Assembly: GCA_965644265.1 (NCBI GenBank)
Contig: OZ286473.1
Location: forward strand, 64,666,001 to 64,730,000
DNA: 64,000 bases
From: Glycera tridactyla
Taxonomy: Eukaryota
Direction: 5' to 3'
Shown: piece by piece, positions 33,831 through 46,515 of the stretch
Layout: each line of letters starts with the position of its first letter
Numbering within the stretch: position 1 is the first letter of the stretch
Made by a program: the position numbers and the translations under genes
Notes under the pieces: model-generated
Databases searched by the model: none
The model's input: the letters and a program-made list of their open reading frames with translations, nothing else
What the model was told of the DNA's origin: nothing

Positions 33831-34271
33831 TATCTGAGTGTCTGTGAATGGGCATGTGAAATGGCAGCTATCAATCCACCTAGTTAGCACAACTTTCACT
33901 CCAAATTATCCATTAAATCAGGTCCCCTGTAACCCTTCTGCAGCAACTCCAAAGTCGACTCATGGCGAGACGAGATGTTCTCTCACGACCAGGGCCATTT
34001 TGAGGGAAAGATCGGGGGGTGTGGAATTGCCGCGATCATCACCAGCTGGGATCGATCATTCCCACCTGGCTTCGGGTGTCTCCGTGTGTGAGCCGAACAT
34101 CGCCGAGCGCGCTAAAACAATCGTTGCCATGGTGAAGTTACCCCTGTCGTGCGCCCGCTGCTAGAGCGTCTTTGGCAGACGCGCACTCGGGTGCAGTCTG
34201 TCAACGCTATCACTAAAACACCATTAGCATCCCATCTCTTGAATAATCTTGTTGATGTAGTCGTGAGAGAA

Positions 34272-34433
34272 AAGTAAGAAGTCCCCGCCGGGTGTGATCG
34301 GCTAGTTTTTCCCCACTTGGTCCGACAGTAAGCCGCCAGCAGTCCCTCGGCCTGCGGCCTCGGGACTGCTGCCGGCTGACGTCGCACCTCGTGGGGAAAA
34401 ACGCCGATCACACCCGGCGGGGACTTCTTACTT
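34272..34433. mobile_element. Palindromic MITE (foldback)
   Basis: 31-bp perfect IR AAGTAAGAAGTCCCCGCCGGGTGTGATCGGC...GCCGATCACACCCGGCGGGGACTTCTTACTT plus an inner GCAGTCCC...GGGACTGC hairpin. Confidence 0.85.
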
Positions 34434-35249
34434 TAGACTCCCACCTGCCCCTTGCAGGTAGATTTCCAAGGTGGGCAGGTTGATTTTGAAACCTACCTGC
34501 CCGATGGACAGGTAGAAAATGATAATGAATGCAATCAACACATAATAGACGGATGCTGAATCTTTAAGGGGCAAGGAGATATGGAAATGTACCTGCTCAC
34601 CGCGCAGGTGGATAATGTTGATGCCCTGCCCTGCCGACTGGGCTTGGCTTCAATCCCAATTATCTCAAAAATGATTTGCTGATACTATACAGATTTTGAA
34701 GTGGGAAGAGATTGAGGGACTGATGAACCAGCATAGATAAACACATTCAAGATTCAAAACAGTCGATTTCATGCAAATATCCGATAGTTTTTCAGGGGTC
34801 AACTTTTTTAGAGGAGCTATAAGTAGGGTCATTGGTTACACTTGATTGTCTGCGACATTCCATATGGATTCAACCTCCATAGGAAATCCCCCTTTATTGT
34901 GCTTGGACATGTAATATATTTCATGAGCTTCTTGTCGTGTATCATGTCATCGACAATAATTGAACAAATCAAGGAGGTGTGTGTGTGTTAGTGAGAGAAA
35001 GATCCGTCAATCTAGATGATTTCTCCACCACCTGTGGCAGAGCCACAAGACCCCAGAGATATCTACGTGTCCATTGGGCAGGTGGATTTTAACCCCACCT
35101 GTCCCCTAAAAATTCAGCCTGTCCAAGATATATGAACATTGCAATTATCATTTGTCTCCACCTATCAGCTACGCAGGTGAATCTACATTCTACCTACCCA
35201 CCTTAGAAAGCCACCAGCGCTGAGCAGATGGGAGCCTATCTCTTCTCAC

Positions 35250-37200
35250 CCTGTGATACAATTGACGTTCGTTTTGGGGAAATAAAAGAAATAATCAGAG
35301 AAATGAGCGTCAATGAAAACCCTGAGTCAATGAAAATATTTATAAAAGGATGTCTCAGTAGCAATTGGCACCCCAGAAATCCATATAAACGTCTCGATAT
35401 CTTTGTATTAGAAACAAGAAATTTCTTCAAAAAGAAGAATGGTCGTCGATTTACAGTGGAGAGGTGGTAATTTAAAGGGAAAAATGAATGAAGTGGAGAG
35501 ACAGAAAGAGAGAGAGCCTGTGTTTGTGTTCTCCAAAGAACAAATAGACTGGTTATCACCTCTCAAACTGCGTATATAACGAAAGAAAACATCGAAATCT
35601 TGCCCCACGTGAACTAGCTCGAAGTGATTCCTCCTCATTTCGCCATAAAACATATTTTTCGACTTGTAAAGCAGCATGAAGAAACTCGCGATCGCCATCT
35701 TGGTATTTCTACAATCGAATCATATGATGACGGAATTCGCCTCCAACAAAGAAATAGACTGGTTATCACCTCTCAAACTGCGTATATAACGAAAGAAAAC
35801 ATCGAAATCTTGCCCCACGTGAACTAGCTCGAAGTGATTCCTCCTCATTTTGCCATAAAACGTATTTTTCGACTTGTAAAGCAGCATGAAGAAACTCGCG
35901 ATCGCCATCTTGGTATTTCTACAATCGAATCATATGATGACGGAATTCGCCTCCAACAAAGAAATAGACTGGTTATCACCTCTCAAACTGCGTGTATAAC
36001 GAAAGAAAACATCGAAATCTTGCCCCACGTGAACTAGCTCGAAGTGATTCCTCCTCATTTTGCCATAAAACGTATTTTTCGACTTGTAAAGCAGCATGAA
36101 GAAACTCGCGATCGCCATCTTGGTATTTCTACAATCAAATCATATGATGACGGAATTCGCCTCCAACGAAGAAATAGACAGATTGTCAACTCTCAAACTG
36201 CGTATATAACGAAAGAAAACATCGAAAGCTTGCCCCACGCGAACTAGCTCGAAGTGATTCCTCCTCATTTCGCCATAAAACGTATTTTTCGACTTGTAAA
36301 GCAGCATGAAGAAACTCGCAGATGACATGTGTCAAACACGTGGGTTCCGCGAATTCTCACATCGCCTTTCAAGGCTAAAATACCATAGAAATATCGAACT
36401 CACGGTGAAGACGATTACACGATTGAATCACGGATATCCGATTGTATATACTCCCATGTATAAATTCCGAGAATCCGTCGAATATTCGCCAGAAACAGTG
36501 GAAATGTCAAGCGAGCCATGTTAGGTTTGGCCTCCTTGTTTCATTCGTGAGTTCGGCTTCCTCGTGGTTCCGAAACCTGCGCAGACGCTCTGAAAACGTC
36601 TCCTGCGCACATTGTTGACATCTCGCGACGAGAGCCTTATGAAAGCAGGTTGCTGATTGGTCGATTTCGCCGCGATTTCGGCAATTTGGCCAATCAGTGA
36701 ACGCGACAGATATGAATTATTTATAAACTATTATGGGATGGATCTTCGCCTCATTTGCATATCGATATAATGACGTCACCGGAAGGGCTTCCCCGAGAAA
36801 TTCCGCGCTCTCTATCCGTAAGTGTCGCTTTCTCCGTCATATTTTTCGTTTCAAACGTTCTCACGCAGTCATTTATCGATATTATCAAGATTTCCTTGTA
36901 TTTCACGTAATAGGTAAAGTTTCTCACACAAATCGCATATTTTTCAGGCAAGGCCGGTCAAATTCTGATGATTCCAGAAGCATCTTTTACAAAGGGCCGT
37001 ACTCGGGCTGTGTCGACTATTAATGTCTACTTTCGCCGACTTTCTCACGTTTCTCTACGGAGTCCTCCACAAACCTCGGCGATTCTATCGTCTAGATTGA
37101 GAGGGAATCCCAGAGTGAAAACAGTACCGTCTCCGACGGAAAAAACTGTCTTCTCCACAGCAGCTACAAGGTCATCAAAATGAATCTACAAACATCACCT
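35250..37200. mobile_element. Unclassified non-autonomous element carrying a 210-bp tandem array
   Basis: Both flanks recur at ~47560-47645 (AAACAAGAAATTTCTTCAAAAAGAAGAATGGTCGTC) and ~48045-48100 (GGGAATCCCA-AGTGAAAACAGTACC-T...CCGACGGAAAAACT). Confidence 0.55.
35535..36320. repeat. Tandem array, 210-bp unit, ~3.7 near-identical copies
   Basis: GTGATTCCTCCTCATTT at 35624, 35834, 36044, 36254. Confidence 0.95.
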
Positions 37201-38285
37201 TGAAACCAAGGAGAAAGAGTCCGTGGGATCTCAGATCTGTATCATTCTCTGCTCATTAGTAGCTCTATTTCTACTATATCTAAATGTTCGACGTCTGATT
37301 GCTAAAAGTATCAACTTGCTACTTGTCCCTAATGTTAGAGGGCCATTATAATTACAGCTGCTCATCTTCGTTGTCTCCCACTGGTCGAATACTATACCTT
37401 TTACACATAACTTTGCTCTCATCTCGAGAATGCTTTATTAATGAAATCATTCCCTATGTCCAGTATTTCATTGCCTTAATTATCTGTGCCTTAAATTTCA
37501 TTAAGCTTGGTGCTGCTATCTTATATATCTCATGATGCATTTTTGTATATGTTTTTGTATGCAAGTAGTGAGACCAATTGGTCTTTGCTGCAAATAAATG
37601 ACATTACAAACAAAAATCTGTGCTCCTTGACCTTGAATGGATGGACGGTGGTGTTTGGACTCGGTTACAGAAGTGAGGATTGATTAATCAGGACTCGGCA
37701 GCGATTGATGATCAATCAAATAATTGGAGTTCAGACTCACCTGGTTCACCTCACTATGTCAACAATTTGCGAGTACCATCTTGCTCGCTCTCTTCCGGTT
37801 CAGTCCAATCCCATTGAAAATACGTTGACTGTAGGTCTCTTTTTCCCCTCCCTCAGCTTGGAGCTATAACTTCCACACCTTCGATGTTAACCTGTGAGCT
37901 CAATGAACCTTGTTGTGCTTTGAGACGTGGCTTCCATTATGCCTTCGCATTTTACCTGTGAACCTGTGTCATTGTTGTATTGTACTCTTTGGGGACAATA
38001 TGGTACTTGTACCCCCCCCCCCCATATGAATTTAAATTTGAATAAATACAAAGACAAATACAAAGAACCCCAACAGGGTTGCCAGTGCTGAGTCTTGGCT
38101 TTCACGCCTTCACAGTCCACCTGTGAACTCAGAGTTGAGAGGTTGAAGTGTGGAAACCACGGATCAAAGCCCCCCACCCCCTCATTGAGTTGTGATTATC
38201 AAGCCCTCATCTCCGAGCTCAAATAGCTCTGTGCAGTAGCTGATGAAGTGTAAAGTTTTTTCAGACTCGCTGAAAGGGGGGATCC

Positions 38286-38286
<1 letters not shown>

Positions 38287-38344
<58 letters not shown>

Positions 38345-38370
38345 GCGGCGGCGGCGGTGGTGGTGGTGGA
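38287..38370. repeat. Compound microsatellite (GAC)n(GGC)n(GGT)n
   Basis: Direct reading. Confidence 0.95.
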
Positions 38371-38531
38371 AGATGGATCGATAGAATGATTACGAATTGA
38401 AAATAGAACATTTTTTATATTTCATCCCGGTTTCCTCTTTCTACTGGATCTGTTCAACATACTCCGATTTATTTCAGTGATCCAGTTCTCAAACGGAACA
38501 CCGAATTCCAACGGCAGCTTTTCTCAACAAG

Positions 38532-38532
38532 A

Positions 38533-38580
<48 letters not shown>
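38532..38580. repeat. (ATT)n microsatellite
   Basis: Direct reading. Confidence 0.95.
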
Positions 38581-39059
38581 ACTACAGCTTTTATGCTTTG
38601 CTGCTATGATCACCACAGCACAAAAATTATTATCTTTCAGGATTTTTCTTTCACGGTCTATGTATGGGTCTTTCAGGCACATTGATGCAGATTTCATGTG
38701 ACATTTCGGATTTGTGTGTGCCTCAAACCATGTCATCAAATAAAAGTATGGCAAATTACACGTGCCTTTTAGGCACCAGATATATGGTTTAAGGTGCCCT
38801 TTCATAACTTTATGTGCCATTTGCCACAGGGCACAGCGTAAAATTATCCCGACGCTACTCAGCAGTCAATACCAGCTGAATAGGTAGCCCATCTCTAAAC
38901 GGCTGGCGAGGTAAACTGCTATAGGGCTACAGTTAAGGAAAATGAGGGTTGTAAATCAAAATGCAGCGACATAGAAAATGTGGTATTGCTGAAATGCAAT
39001 GTGCGCCGACACAATCGGTCTAGGTCAGATGACACACGTGTATAGCTGCACAAACCATG

Positions 39060-39069
39060 TGAGGGCCAT

Positions 39070-39136
<67 letters not shown>

Positions 39137-40225
39137 TACGTCGGTCTTATGTCCAATTTTAGCCAAGAAACGTCTTGAATGGCAGCCATTTTGAAATTTG
39201 AGGCAGCCATTTTGAATTTCTACTCCATCAAAATAAACTCAAAATAACCAGAATTATCATTGATGAATAACTCATCAATAAAAATAAGGGTAATATTATT
39301 CAAATGAAATCCTCAGAAGCCATATTACCCTTTATATGGAAATCCTCATCATTTGATTGGTGGCCATTTTGAATTTGCACATATTTTGAATTGCCCAAGG
39401 TTGAGAAATACACAACCACCTTGGTATGTCTATATGGTTCCCAGACATGAATTATCAGCAGAGGGAAAAAACTATATCCAGGAATTTAGGGTTGTACACC
39501 TATTCTGATTTTGTTGAAGAATTTTCATAATTGGCGGCCATTTTGATTTTTGAGGGGGCCATTTTGAATTTCACTGCTTACCATAGTAACTCTAAATTAC
39601 CTCAATCATCATTTGTAAATATAGCATCATTTGAAATGAGGATTTCATGATTCAATTGAACACCCAAGAGGCTATATTGCCCTCCATATGGGATAGTGAT
39701 CATTCAATTGGCGGCCATTTTGAATTTGCTCATATTTCAAGTTGCCCAAGGTTGAGAAGTTCACACCCACCTGGGTATGTCTATATGGGTCTCAGACATA
39801 AATTATCAGCAGAGGAAGAAAACTATATCCAAGAATTTTGGGTTATACACCTATTCTGATTTTGTTGAAGAAATTTTCAAATTGGCGGCCATTTTGATTT
39901 TTGAGGTGGCCATTTCGAATTTCAATGCTTATCAAAGTAACTTAAAAGTACCTCAATTATCATTTGTGGATATCTGAACATTATTAATGAGGGTTATGTC
40001 ATTCAAATGAACACCCAAGAGGCCAATATTGCCTTTCATATGGGATAGTCATCATTCAATTGGCGGCCATTTTGAATTTGCTCATATTTCAAATTGCCCA
40101 AGGGTGAGAAGTTCACACCCACCTGGGTATATATGGGTCCTTGACATGAATAATCCACAGAGAAAAAAACTTGATTAGAGAATTTTGGGTTAGGCCAAAA
40201 TTGGCCTCTTCACTGCCGGACTATG
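39060..40225. mobile_element. Helentron-like element: (TCTG)n microsatellite, ~351-bp tandem array x3, terminal palindrome
   Basis: (TCTG)n at 39071-39131; GGCCATTTTGAATTTGC at 39362, 39713, 40065; GGCCAAAATTGGCC hairpin ~40195 before ...GGACTAT. Confidence 0.55.
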
Positions 40226-41399
40226 TCGTTATTTAGTATTTCGATACGATTGACTGAAACGATGTCACCGGAAGATATTCTCTTGTCGTGTATAACTTCA
40301 TTTGTTTGTGAGTCTCATCAAAAGGGAGTGATGTTGGACCCTAACTTCATCAGCCAAATCCAGTAAGAACCAATGCTGGAATGGGATTTGGGCTCCTGAA
40401 TTAGAATTTGATTGACAGCTGGTCTGAGATAAGCAGGCTGTTCATTTGCAGCTAACAGTCGCTAATGTTTTGTGGTATTTTGTGACAGAAAACGGGGCCC
40501 CATTCTTTTTTATCACATAAAAGATAGATAATACTTTGTGGGGAATTTGGCTGATGTTTTCTCTGTTAGTCATACTGAACAATCCGCTGCCTTTTCCATA
40601 TGGCTCCCTAAGTTACCATACACATGTGTAGTATCAATCAGAGAAGTTCTACCAACAGTTGGTGTAGGTTTTCCATGTATCCTGTAATTCGATGGGAGAA
40701 TGGTCGATGTAAGTATGTCAAACATATCAAAATCCTTTGATGTGGCTTGCCCATCAGATTCTTTATTCATGTCATGTGATGTACTCTGATAAGTGCTGCT
40801 CTGACCCAGACCAAGCCTGCTTAAGCACAGGCAAGTACAAGTTAGTATTTCTCCCAATGAATAGGTTGAATTGCCTGGATCATTGTCTGGATTCTGATAT
40901 GTATTCCTGTCTGATATCTCACCGATATTACTCAGTGGTGGAGTTACCCATCATTACAGGTCAGTTGTATGCCAAATCACAAGTACAAAATTTACTTGCT
41001 TCGAGTCACTCTCTTGAATATGTAGCCATGCTGACGCTTGGTTGCTGAATAATTCCACGGATGGTTGGGACCCAAGATTGTAATGAAAGGCAATGTTCTG
41101 GAAGGTTTCCAGGAGGTTTTGGATTTGATTACATTATTTGCCCCATGTTGTTCTGTCTAATATGTGTGATTTATGGCTGTGCCGGATTTCCCCCTGAAAG
41201 CCAGACTTGGTTTTCCGATTCACATCGAATGAGTTGTTTGATCACAGTATCGTATTCGTCTTATTGATGGCAAAATATTAGTATTTGGGATCGTTGTCAA
41301 TTCGGCAGAGAGAGAGAGAGAGAGAGGGGGGGGGGGGGGGAGAGAAACGTCGACAAAGTCCCCCATCAGTGATTCTTTATCTCGGGTGTTTCGAAAAAG

Positions 41400-42300
41400 G
41401 AGAACCCCATTGCCATCACAAAACGTTAACGACCGAAATTTTCAAAATTGTGCAGCGAACCTAATTCATCGCGGCTATGGTGTGGAGTAGGTGCTTGTGC
41501 TACAGGTTCATGTCCATAGTAAAAATATTGCTATATAGTCTCTCATAAACGAATCTTGGAATCATGAGAAGTGGGAGGGCGGTCTTCAGACTGATCTCCG
41601 TTCACTTATGCAGTTTGTACCTTCCCATGTATCAATCGAAAGAATCAGCCCCATTGTCGATACTTACTGGCAACTTTCCAATTGACGAACTTGGCCCAGG
41701 TTGCTGACGGCCAAGTTGAGGTCCAGTGAACTGATCCCATATTCACAGTTTAACATGGTAGATAAAAATAAATTACATAGTGGATGCCATATGGATCAAT
41801 CTCATGGGTCTGTGGATTTCATAATTGAATTGGTTGTATAGATGGCCTATTGCAATATCGTATAATGTGATAAATTCCAACCTCTAATGTCATGGATGCT
41901 GCAGTTGAAGATATGACAACCTTCTTGGTATGTGAACCTGGTATTTTGTTGGTAGAACTGTGGCAGTGAATTGAGCTATTGTCTGCCATCGGTGCCAAAA
42001 GGGCAAGGAATTCAGAGTTCTAAGTTCAGTAGGTGTCGCAAATGGACATTCAACAGGTAAAACTCTTGTAACTGTCAGATCCATGAGTGGATATACACAC
42101 TCTCGATGTCGTCTTCATCCGCTGATACCATCGATTGATTGAGTAGGGCTTAACGTCACTCCACCCCAGGCAGGATTATTTCCATTGATACCATATCCAC
42201 TGTATTCTCTGTCAAATCCTTAGTTCAACGAAAGTTCCACCATCTTCAAATGATAAAATGGCATATAGGGATCGACAGATTGTCGATAGGTTCAAGGCAG
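41400..42300 (-). pseudogene. Highly decayed LINE endonuclease remnant
   Basis: Minus-strand FLSTMLNCEYGISSLDLNLAVSNLG followed, with frameshifts, by NWKV and GAD, resembling the APE C-terminal SxIDL...W.V...GSDH motifs. Confidence 0.35.
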
Positions 42301-42825
42301 CTAAATATGGCCCTGGGATCCCAGTCAATGGCAGAATGCCCACACAGGGTGGGTGGAATCAATCACGTTTGGAGAATGAAGATACACAGGTGACCGAGAG
42401 TGATTTTACTATCCTAACCAGTATGGCAATAAACCCTGAGATTAGAGTGATGCCTGAGTCCTGCTGGTGGCTGTGTCCTTAGAAGCAGAGGCTGGTCCCG
42501 CTGTCTGACATGTCTTCCACCTCAAGGAAGACTACTCATCGCTGTCCCTATCAGTGTCATTGGAGTCCATTCAACATTATTCCTAATCGTAATTAATGAT
42601 TACAAAGACTGTCGCCCATCAATGTCGGGCATCACTGTTGATAGCAATCTCTTGGCCAAGCTCCTTGCTGGTGGGGATGGTTTACTTGCTCATCATTGAA
42701 CGGATCAGCTCCGAGGGTTGGTGTAATTTTTTTGTTTTCTCTGATGGATTGCCCCTGGGGCTGCCTGGGGAGGAATAGGTCCTATGTGTTGTAGGAGGCG
42801 ACTAAGTGGGAACCCAGAAATGACA

Positions 42826-42985
42826 CCTCAAATGACTATGAATTTCATAAATTTCCGCCTTCTGTTAGGGACCCAGAAGGAGTCTTGAATTATCCCACCC
42901 ATGCCCATTGCATGGGCGTCACAATATACCACAAATTGAGCCGATGTGACATTGAACCCCAACAAACCAAATAAAAAAACACATT
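42826..42985 (+). mobile_element. Family A SINE 3' fragment
   Basis: ATGCCCATTGCATGGGCGTCACAATATA core and ...GAGCCGATGTGACATTGAACCCCAACAAACCAAATAAAAAAAC tail. Confidence 0.7.
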
Positions 42986-44590
42986 GCCTCATTGTCATCA
43001 CCATTTCTACATTCGTCACCTATCACTTGATCAACTTCAGTCATATTTCTGATTTTATGCATGCCCCTGTGAATCCATTGCTCACTGAACGCCAGTGTCC
43101 GTTTTGTAGTTGACAGACAGAATACTACTGAAGTAGATATATCCTAGAAAAAATTGCCACTGGGCCTACAGTGCAGTCACCCAAACAGATAGTGCTTGCC
43201 GCAGTCCCAATTGATGTGACATTCAAATATGGGATAGCCCAACAAACTAATGAGTCAAACAGTCAATTAATGTAACAGCAATTTGTCACTTGGTTCAGCA
43301 TACCTGGCCAGGAGCTAGATCCTTCCAGTAGAGTGGTGTTTGCGAGTGTTTGAGTATTTCAGCGAAGACCATAGTGGATGTGCGGCGAGGCTTTGGTGCA
43401 TCTCTGTCTTTGTTCCCAGACAGTGTGGATTTTGGCGTTGATGGGAAAAGTCGTGTATCAGATGGTATTTCCCACAAAATATTTGAAGGGGGGGGGGGGC
43501 AGTAAAAGTTTCGAAGGAAGGCTCTGGGAAGTTGCTGGAAATCACGGCTGCAAGTCATCACTTCTGCAATTGTCATCAATCAACTAAACCATCGTTCAGT
43601 GCGAGAATTGAATTCCTGACATTACTCTCTGATGGGTCACCTAGCTGTGGCAGTGCACAACCAGAAGTAGACTCTTCACTGAATCCATTCTGAATAACCA
43701 TTCTAACCTATTGACCCATGTTGGAGTTGGGTACAGCCTTACAAGAACAACCATTCTAACCTATTGACCCATGTTGGACTTAGTCAATTTATTTGCCTGT
43801 TGCTCGACTTAGTCACAATACACACCCATACATGTCGTCGTCGGGGCTATCTTTCACAGCTAAGGTGTTGATTACTTTCCTGAGACGCTAGTGGTCCATG
43901 CTATTTTTGAGAAGGGGAACTTCCATTCCACGTGTTTACTTTGTCAAAGTCTTTGATGGCTGCTTTTGTTTCTGCTCCTGTGGATTACATTCATTTAGCC
44001 CCCCCCTCCCCCCCGATATCATAACGAGAGAGATCTTGCCCCTCCTGAGACAGGTTGCCCCTACTGGGTCAGGGCTTCCCTGTTTCTGAAATATTATATC
44101 ATGGTGTAATATCATTTTTATAGGAGAACCTCAGTACTGCCTGTTTCATCACACTCCCTCTCGACAGACTGAGAGGCCCATTATCTGTGTAATATCAGTT
44201 ATGAGTGTATGTTGGTTTGGGCAAAGAACTTATAGACCGGCCAGCCTGGCCAGATGATGCACTGACAGCTGTTTTCCAAACATTGGACTATCTTTAGAAA
44301 CCAAAAGCTGTCAAGATGTGCCAGGGCTATATATAGTGAACAACTACCATTAAAGCCTTGGTCCATGGCGAGAGCTCCATGTGAGTGATGGCGGTGATTT
44401 TCAATGCTGCCTGGGACGATGTATCATTTCCTCAAATATATTCATATACGTCTATATTAAAAACCCCAGATAGACCATGACCTACAAATAAACGAACGCT
44501 AGGCCAGGTTGGTTTCCCTCAGCACGCTCATTCCCGTGTTGAGCAGCCTGGCACAACCAGGACTGCATCACCGCAGCAATCTGCGCGCAC

Positions 44591-44623
44591 TTGTTTACGA
44601 CTTTGAGAAAAATACCACGTGAC
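44591..44623 (+). promoter_or_regulatory. Forkhead/FOXO DBE (TTGTTTAC) adjacent to an E-box (CCACGTGAC)
   Basis: TTGTTTAC at 44591-44598 and CACGTG at 44616-44621, ~350 bp upstream of the IRS-like ATG, in a CpG-richer patch. Confidence 0.45.
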
Positions 44624-44971
44624 CTGTTATGGCGGCTGCTACCCAGCAAGATGTTTTGGTTTCCATTACTCAATTAATCACCAAATACTCACCAGATGAG
44701 GCAGCGATCTCACTACTATCGGTGGAAGTATGAAGGCCTCATGTTCTTGAGCATTCCTGAGGTCAGTGGAGGTGAATCTCCTTTTACGTCGGTGCCAAAT
44801 CTGTGATTTCCTGGGCCGTGACAGCCGTGAAGGAATCCATGAATCCACGTCCACGAGTGACACCAAGATGATATGTGTATAGTTTCTGTTGTTGCACCAT
44901 CACCACTGATCACCGATCGCCTTTGATCGGTGTCAGCTGATTGTTGCCAGTCACCAGGGAATCCAGTCACG

Positions 44972-45073
44972 ATGAATACACTGCTTGGCGGTGCAGCGGG
45001 CAAGGCAGAGCCCATTAAAATGCCTATCACCCATCCAGACATCAGGAAGATGGGCTATCTCAAGAAACTCAAG
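44972..45073 (+). CDS. IRS: First coding exon of an insulin receptor substrate (IRS/chico-like); start of the PH domain
   Basis: MNTLLGGAAGKAEPIKMPITHPDIRKMGYLKKLK|GTAAAC, phase 0. DIRKMGYLKKLK matches the start of IRS PH domains (IRS1 DVRKVGYLRKPK; chico GYLKKLK). The next exon was not found in the window. Confidence 0.72.
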
Positions 45074-45699
45074 GTAAACACATTTACCCTATTCTTATCT
45101 GCTTATCTCTGATGATGATTGACACAATCATATATGCTGGGATTGTCACATTTTCTCATCCACTCAAATGAAAAGGAATGGCACATCATCAGATCATATT
45201 TAGATGTGTGTATTCCATGAACTTCCCTAGCAGAGATTGGGAACATATCCTGTTCTGGTCAGCAAGTAATTGTTTTGGGAGTGGATCCGCGGGATTCTGT
45301 TTCCAGGCACTTGCAGATGAATAATGCACAGATAACCTCTGACATTAACTATACCCTTCTGAGAATTTTGGCGATTTGGTCATGATGGTAGGGCCGAAAT
45401 CAGTGGAGATGAGGCACAGAATATGCAGGTGATTTGATGTTTCAGTCAGTTGAGTTGTCTTGCTTCATCACAAGTCCAAATGTGATATATAGGTATTAGA
45501 GTCTATTTTGATCTGCAGACAATGGGCGTCCGAGCAGCTACTGGCCGCGGTGTGGCGCCACCACCGCACCGGCACCTCTCCCGGGTGCTCCCTCTATTAT
45601 CGCTCACCTCGGCAAAGTGACAGCTGTTTGTTTACATTCCTTCGCACATCAATACATTACTGTCAGCACCTAAAACCTTAACATTTCATTTCATTTCAT

Positions 45700-46150
45700 T
45701 TCCACCAACACCACTAAACTCTAACTGTGGCGGGTATGTTTTTTTGCCTGAGCATCCCAAATTCGCATCAGATTGAAATGAGACTCACTGACAAGACATT
45801 TTTCACATCTCCGATGACTAGGAATGTGATCACAATGAAGTTCCCTTGTATATATCACCTAATAGCGCCAAATATTTCAATTTCACGCATGTTTCACCGA
45901 ATGTAAGGCAGCCTTATCTCCACTGTCTCACATACAAATATTTGCCGATAATGCCAGCAGATTCGCCGAAAAATACAATGTAATGATAGTGTAATCCTTT
46001 TCAAAACCAAGCAAAATAATTGAAACCAGACCTATATACAATACTCTTGTGTCATTAAAACTCAGATCTGACGAAAAATGCCAAAGTTATCATGTGAAAT
46101 GTACCAACCACATTTGAATATGACTGAGACAGATTTTTATCAAGTCATTT
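45700..46150. mobile_element. Unclassified dispersed repeat; related copy at ~51700-52140
   Basis: Shared GTGGCGGGTA-GTTTTT...GATTGAAATGA-ACT...ACATCTCCGA-GAC...GTCATTAAAACT-A-ATC-GAC. Confidence 0.6.
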
Positions 46151-46358
46151 GTCAGTGGCACCCTCCTGAAAACCACCTGTATCTTCTCAACCAAATCAAA
46201 ACATTGCCAGGTTTGAACAGACATGAAACTAAGATTTATTGTACAATTAATTAATCATGGTAAAGCTTAGCAGTACAAAAACTCACTATAGCCTTCTAAA
46301 GAATCAGATGAAACTCCTCGCCTCATAAGGTGGACTTACACAAAGAACAAAAATTGGA

Positions 46359-46515
46359 NNNNNNNNNNNNNNNNNNNNNNNNNNNNNNNNNNNNNNNNNN
46401 NNNNNNNNNNNNNNNNNNNNNNNNNNNNNNNNNNNNNNNNNNNNNNNNNNNNNNNNNNNNNNNNNNNNNNNNNNNNNNNNNNNNNNNNNNNNNNNNNNNN
46501 NNNNNNNNNNNNNNN
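46359..46515. other. Assembly gap (157 N)
   Basis: Run of N. Confidence 1.

Noticed and set aside
35624-36328. Repeated 62-67 aa ORFs on both strands
   Set aside because: Artefacts of the 210-bp tandem unit.
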